Of a stretch of DNA of 32,000 nucleotides, positions 27,880-32,000 are shown in pieces (position 1 is the first letter of the stretch; each line of letters begins with the position of its first letter). The translations under genes were made by a program, and so were the position numbers. The stretch is taken from positions 1,200,001-1,232,000 of the forward strand of contig NC_020304.1 of assembly GCF_000341395.1 (NCBI RefSeq), read 5' to 3'. The notes below the pieces were generated by a model, which saw only the letters and a list, made by a program, of their open reading frames with translations, was not told the origin of the DNA and made no database searches. Source of the stretch: Desulfocapsa sulfexigens DSM 10523. Lineage in GTDB: Bacteria; Desulfobacterota; Desulfobulbia; Desulfobulbales; Desulfocapsaceae.

Positions 27880-27918
27880 CCCCTTACTTGATTATTTAAG
27901 TGAGGGGTTTTTTTTTTA
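27880..27918 (+). terminator. Rho-independent terminator of the tusA operon
   Basis: CCCCTTACTT, a loop, then AAGTGAGGGG, followed by T11. Confidence 0.8.
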
Positions 27919-27970
27919 TTAGTTGAAAGACTAAAAAATTAATTATATTTTTTTCGTTATTCACTATTCC

Positions 27971-29053
27971 TCACCCCATTAATAAGTCATGGAAGGCTGG
28001 TCTGAATTCTTTAATTTTCCAGTTATACTTACCATAATGAACCCGGTTCGTTAAAAGAACCACAATACAATCTTTTTCAGGATCTATCCAAAATGATGTA
28101 CCGGTAAAACCAAGATGACCCACACTCTCCTTTGAAAAAAAGTTTCCACTGCTGGATCCTTTCTCCGATACTGTATCAAACCCCATTGTCCAATTAGAAT
28201 TTTCCACTTTCTTCAAAGTTTCTTTTAGTAAATCGTTTGAATAGGCTGGATGCTGGCATCTATTCTTCCATTGATCGAGAAGTTGCTCACACAGACCTAC
28301 AACCCCTCCAATTGTTCCAAAAAGGCCAGCATGACCTGCCTGCCCCCCTAAAACTCTACAATTATCGTCGTGTACCGTTCCAGAAAGCATTTCTTTGTCC
28401 CATAAACACTTTTCAGTACTCACATAGGCATAACCATCTTTTTTGTAGAAACCAGGAAAAGAAAGATCATTATGCAGCTCTATAGGCTTATATATTAAGT
28501 TATATGCTAACTCACCTATTTTTTTTCCGGTCACATTTTCAATAATAAAACCAAGGAGCATATAACCCAAATCACTGTAACAATATCTGGTTCCATTTTT
28601 ATATTCCATATTTTCATCTAATATTCTCTTTACAAGATTTTTTTTTCTTATCTTTTTCGGAATAATAAGCAGTTCTTTATAGTAGTCTCTGTGCGCCGCA
28701 AAACCTGCACAATGTGACATGAGTTGTTTTATAGTAATATTTTTTTTATCTGTTGGGCAATTTTGAAAAAGAGTTTGAAGTTGCGTTTCAGAATTCAATA
28801 AACCCTTTTCGAACAAAGCGAGTAGTATGAGTACTGTTGCCAACGGTTTTGTGAGTGATGCAAGATCAAAAAAACTATTATTTTTTAGTTTTTCTTTAAA
28901 AGGTGTGAACTGCGCCAATCCATAATATTTTTCAAAACGTTCAAAGCCATTATCCACACGTTTTGAATAGGCCATTGCTGCTCCAGAAAAAACACTTTCA
29001 TTCAAGGCTCTTAAGAACAAATCATTGATTTTATCAATCCTTATTTTTTTCAT
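27971..29053 (-). CDS. Serine hydrolase of the beta-lactamase / PBP4*-like (class C-type) family
   Basis: 360 aa with the SxxK motif ASLTKPL, YSD (YCYSDLGY) in the place of the YxN motif, and HLGFTG in the place of the K/H-T/S-G motif. SD is AGAGGA. It is AT-rich. Confidence 0.8.
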   Translation of the reverse strand: MKKIRIDKINDLFLRALNESVFSGAAMAYSKRVDNGFERFEKYYGLAQFTPFKEKLKNNSFFDLASLTKPLATVLILLALFEKGLLNSETQLQTLFQNCPTDKKNITIKQLMSHCAGFAAHRDYYKELLIIPKKIRKKNLVKRILDENMEYKNGTRYCYSDLGYMLLGFIIENVTGKKIGELAYNLIYKPIELHNDLSFPGFYKKDGYAYVSTEKCLWDKEMLSGTVHDDNCRVLGGQAGHAGLFGTIGGVVGLCEQLLDQWKNRCQHPAYSNDLLKETLKKVENSNWTMGFDTVSEKGSSSGNFFSKESVGHLGFTGTSFWIDPEKDCIVVLLTNRVHYGKYNWKIKEFRPAFHDLLMG

Positions 29054-29415
29054 ATAAATTTTCCTCTATTCCATCCTTATATGGAAACAAGCAAAATGGG
29101 TAAAAAATCTTGTTTTTTTACCCGCTTTGCACTAGAATTGGGCAGAGTAAAGTTTTTAAATATAGTATTGTTTTTACATATAAATATTTATTTATAATTT
29201 ACGTTTTCAACATTCTTTTAACACCCTTTGTTAAGAGTTTATTAACAACTCGGTTAATAAGCTGTTAAAAACGACAAATTAACAAATTTTCCGTTTTTTT
29301 TCACAACATACTTTTTATAAAATAAATCATTATTTTAATATGTTATGTTTTTTTTAAACATATTAACCTCCTTAATAATAATAATAAAAAGATTATTTAA
29401 TAAAGAGATACTCCT
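29054..29415. other. AT-rich intergenic region, candidate replication origin (oriC) / dnaN promoter region
   Basis: This 362-bp non-coding stretch is very AT-rich and sits directly upstream of dnaN. Gene orientation changes here from mostly minus (15 of 20 CDS from 9.1 to 29.0 kb) to plus. It holds one relaxed DnaA box TTTTTCACA (29297-29305) and three TTAACA copies (29218, 29242, 29279). A perfect TTATCCACA lies just outside at 28950-28958. Confidence 0.4.
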
Positions 29416-30546
29416 ATGACACTTAATTGCACAGTATCACGATCCGATTTAATGGAAGGTCTGAACAGTCTTCAAAACATAACCAATAAGCGCGTAACCC
29501 TTGCCATACTCTCAAATATTCTTATTGCAGCAGAAGAAGATGGGATTGTGCTCACAGGAACTGACCTTGAGGTAGGATTACGTATAAAAATTCCTGCTGA
29601 AATTAATGGTCAAGGAATACTCACATTACCTAGTAGAAAAATTTTTGAAATTGTCCGGGAATCCGGATCAGAAAAAATAACTATCCAGGAAACAGAAAAT
29701 AGCTGGGTTGTTATATCAGCAGGATTAAGCACCTATAACCTTGCAGGTTTAGCAAGTGATGAATTTCCAGAATTTCCGAAATTCGATGAAAATAATTTTG
29801 TTTCCTTTGAGGCAGGCATATTTTCAGACCTTATTGATAAAGTTATATTTTCTGTAGCAAACGAAGAGGAGAATGCCTATTCCCTCACCAATGTCCTTTT
29901 TGAGAAAGAAAAAAAGGATGAACGATCTTATTTACGAATGATATCATCAGATGGCCATCGTCTTTCCATAATGGAAAAAGATGTGGTTGCTGATATAGAT
30001 CTTCTTACTATTCAGGAAGGAACATTAATTCCAAAAAAAGGTGTTCAGGAATTAAAAAAATTCTGTGATAGTCGTGATAGTGTTGAAATATCTTTTGAAA
30101 AAGAAAAACTTATAGCGAAAGATAATGAATCTGTAATGGTCATTCGTTTAAAACAGGGTGAATTTCCACAATACAGAGCAATTGTCAACGCAGTTCAACT
30201 TGAAAATAAAATAACCATAGAAAGAAGACCATTTCTTGATTCTCTGAAACGAATTAATCTCTTTACAGAAGATATATTTCATACAATTCAACTTGAAATT
30301 GAAAATGGCAAGATGATTTTGAGTTCGCAGAATGTAGATCTCGGAAACGCTAAAGACATACAGGATATTCAATACGATGGTGAACCTTTGCTTTTGGGCT
30401 TTAATTGTCGTTATTTTATAGAAACTCTTCAGGTTATGGAATGTGATAGTGTGGATGCATACATTAATTCTAATAATAGTCCCTGTCTTATGAAATCAGA
30501 CAGGGATGAAGGATTTTTAAGTATTATAATGCCCATGCAGTTATAG
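29416..30546 (+). CDS. dnaN: DNA polymerase III beta sliding clamp
   Basis: 376 aa with the typical clamp N-terminus (...SRSDLMEGLNSLQNITNKR.TLAILSNILIAAEEDGIVLTGTDLEVG) and the C-terminal MPMQL. Confidence 0.92.
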   Translation: MTLNCTVSRSDLMEGLNSLQNITNKRVTLAILSNILIAAEEDGIVLTGTDLEVGLRIKIPAEINGQGILTLPSRKIFEIVRESGSEKITIQETENSWVVISAGLSTYNLAGLASDEFPEFPKFDENNFVSFEAGIFSDLIDKVIFSVANEEENAYSLTNVLFEKEKKDERSYLRMISSDGHRLSIMEKDVVADIDLLTIQEGTLIPKKGVQELKKFCDSRDSVEISFEKEKLIAKDNESVMVIRLKQGEFPQYRAIVNAVQLENKITIERRPFLDSLKRINLFTEDIFHTIQLEIENGKMILSSQNVDLGNAKDIQDIQYDGEPLLLGFNCRYFIETLQVMECDSVDAYINSNNSPCLMKSDRDEGFLSIIMPMQL

Positions 30547-30605
30547 TTTATATATTTAAATTTTTATATAATTTACAAACAATTATCTATTCTTAGTGTA
30601 TTTGA

Positions 30606-32000
<1,395 letters not shown>

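Noticed and set aside
29373-29387. (AAT)n microsatellite-like run upstream of dnaN
   Set aside because: It is short, low-complexity sequence in an extremely AT-rich region. I treat it as part of the AT-rich or DUE-like character, not a distinct repeat element.

Overview
The window reads as a chromosomal segment from a roughly 45-50 % GC anaerobe. The gene content (YeeE/TusA/DsrE sulfur-relay cluster, HD-GYP regulators, GatCA) suggests Desulfobacterota, but that is inference only. It ends at a dnaN-gyrB locus that is probably next to the replication origin.

Gene order, left to right:
- amidohydrolase (5' partial) plus a Cys-rich small protein
- minus-strand operon: a small CxC...CxC protein missed by the ORF track, then rlmL, then a thioredoxin-like gene
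- a low-GC (~30-38 %) block of about 3.8 kb carrying a convergent LuxR/LuxI quorum-sensing pair, a small acidic ORF between them, and a degenerate HD-GYP-like protein
- a sensor-less REC-histidine kinase
- TolC-MFP-RND efflux operon
- polar amino-acid ABC transporter
- Pal/OmpA lipoprotein
- housekeeping run gatC-gatA-hisC-cmk
- REC-HD-GYP regulator, deacetylase, 5-formyl-THF cyclo-ligase
- YeeE/YedE divergent from tusA, a dsrE-like gene and two tiny uncharacterised ORFs, one of them below the ORF-track size cut-off
- serine hydrolase
- 360-bp AT-rich gap
- dnaN and gyrB (3' partial)

Most noteworthy:
1. A candidate selenoprotein at 3557-3841 (-), with an in-frame TGA followed by a SECIS-like hairpin at the canonical spacing.
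2. The five-gene sulfur-relay cluster with two unknown mini-proteins.
3. The repeat-bracketed, compositionally foreign LuxI/LuxR island.
4. A probable oriC with neither dnaA nor recF beside dnaN.

I saw no rRNA, tRNA, CRISPR array, transposase or integrase.
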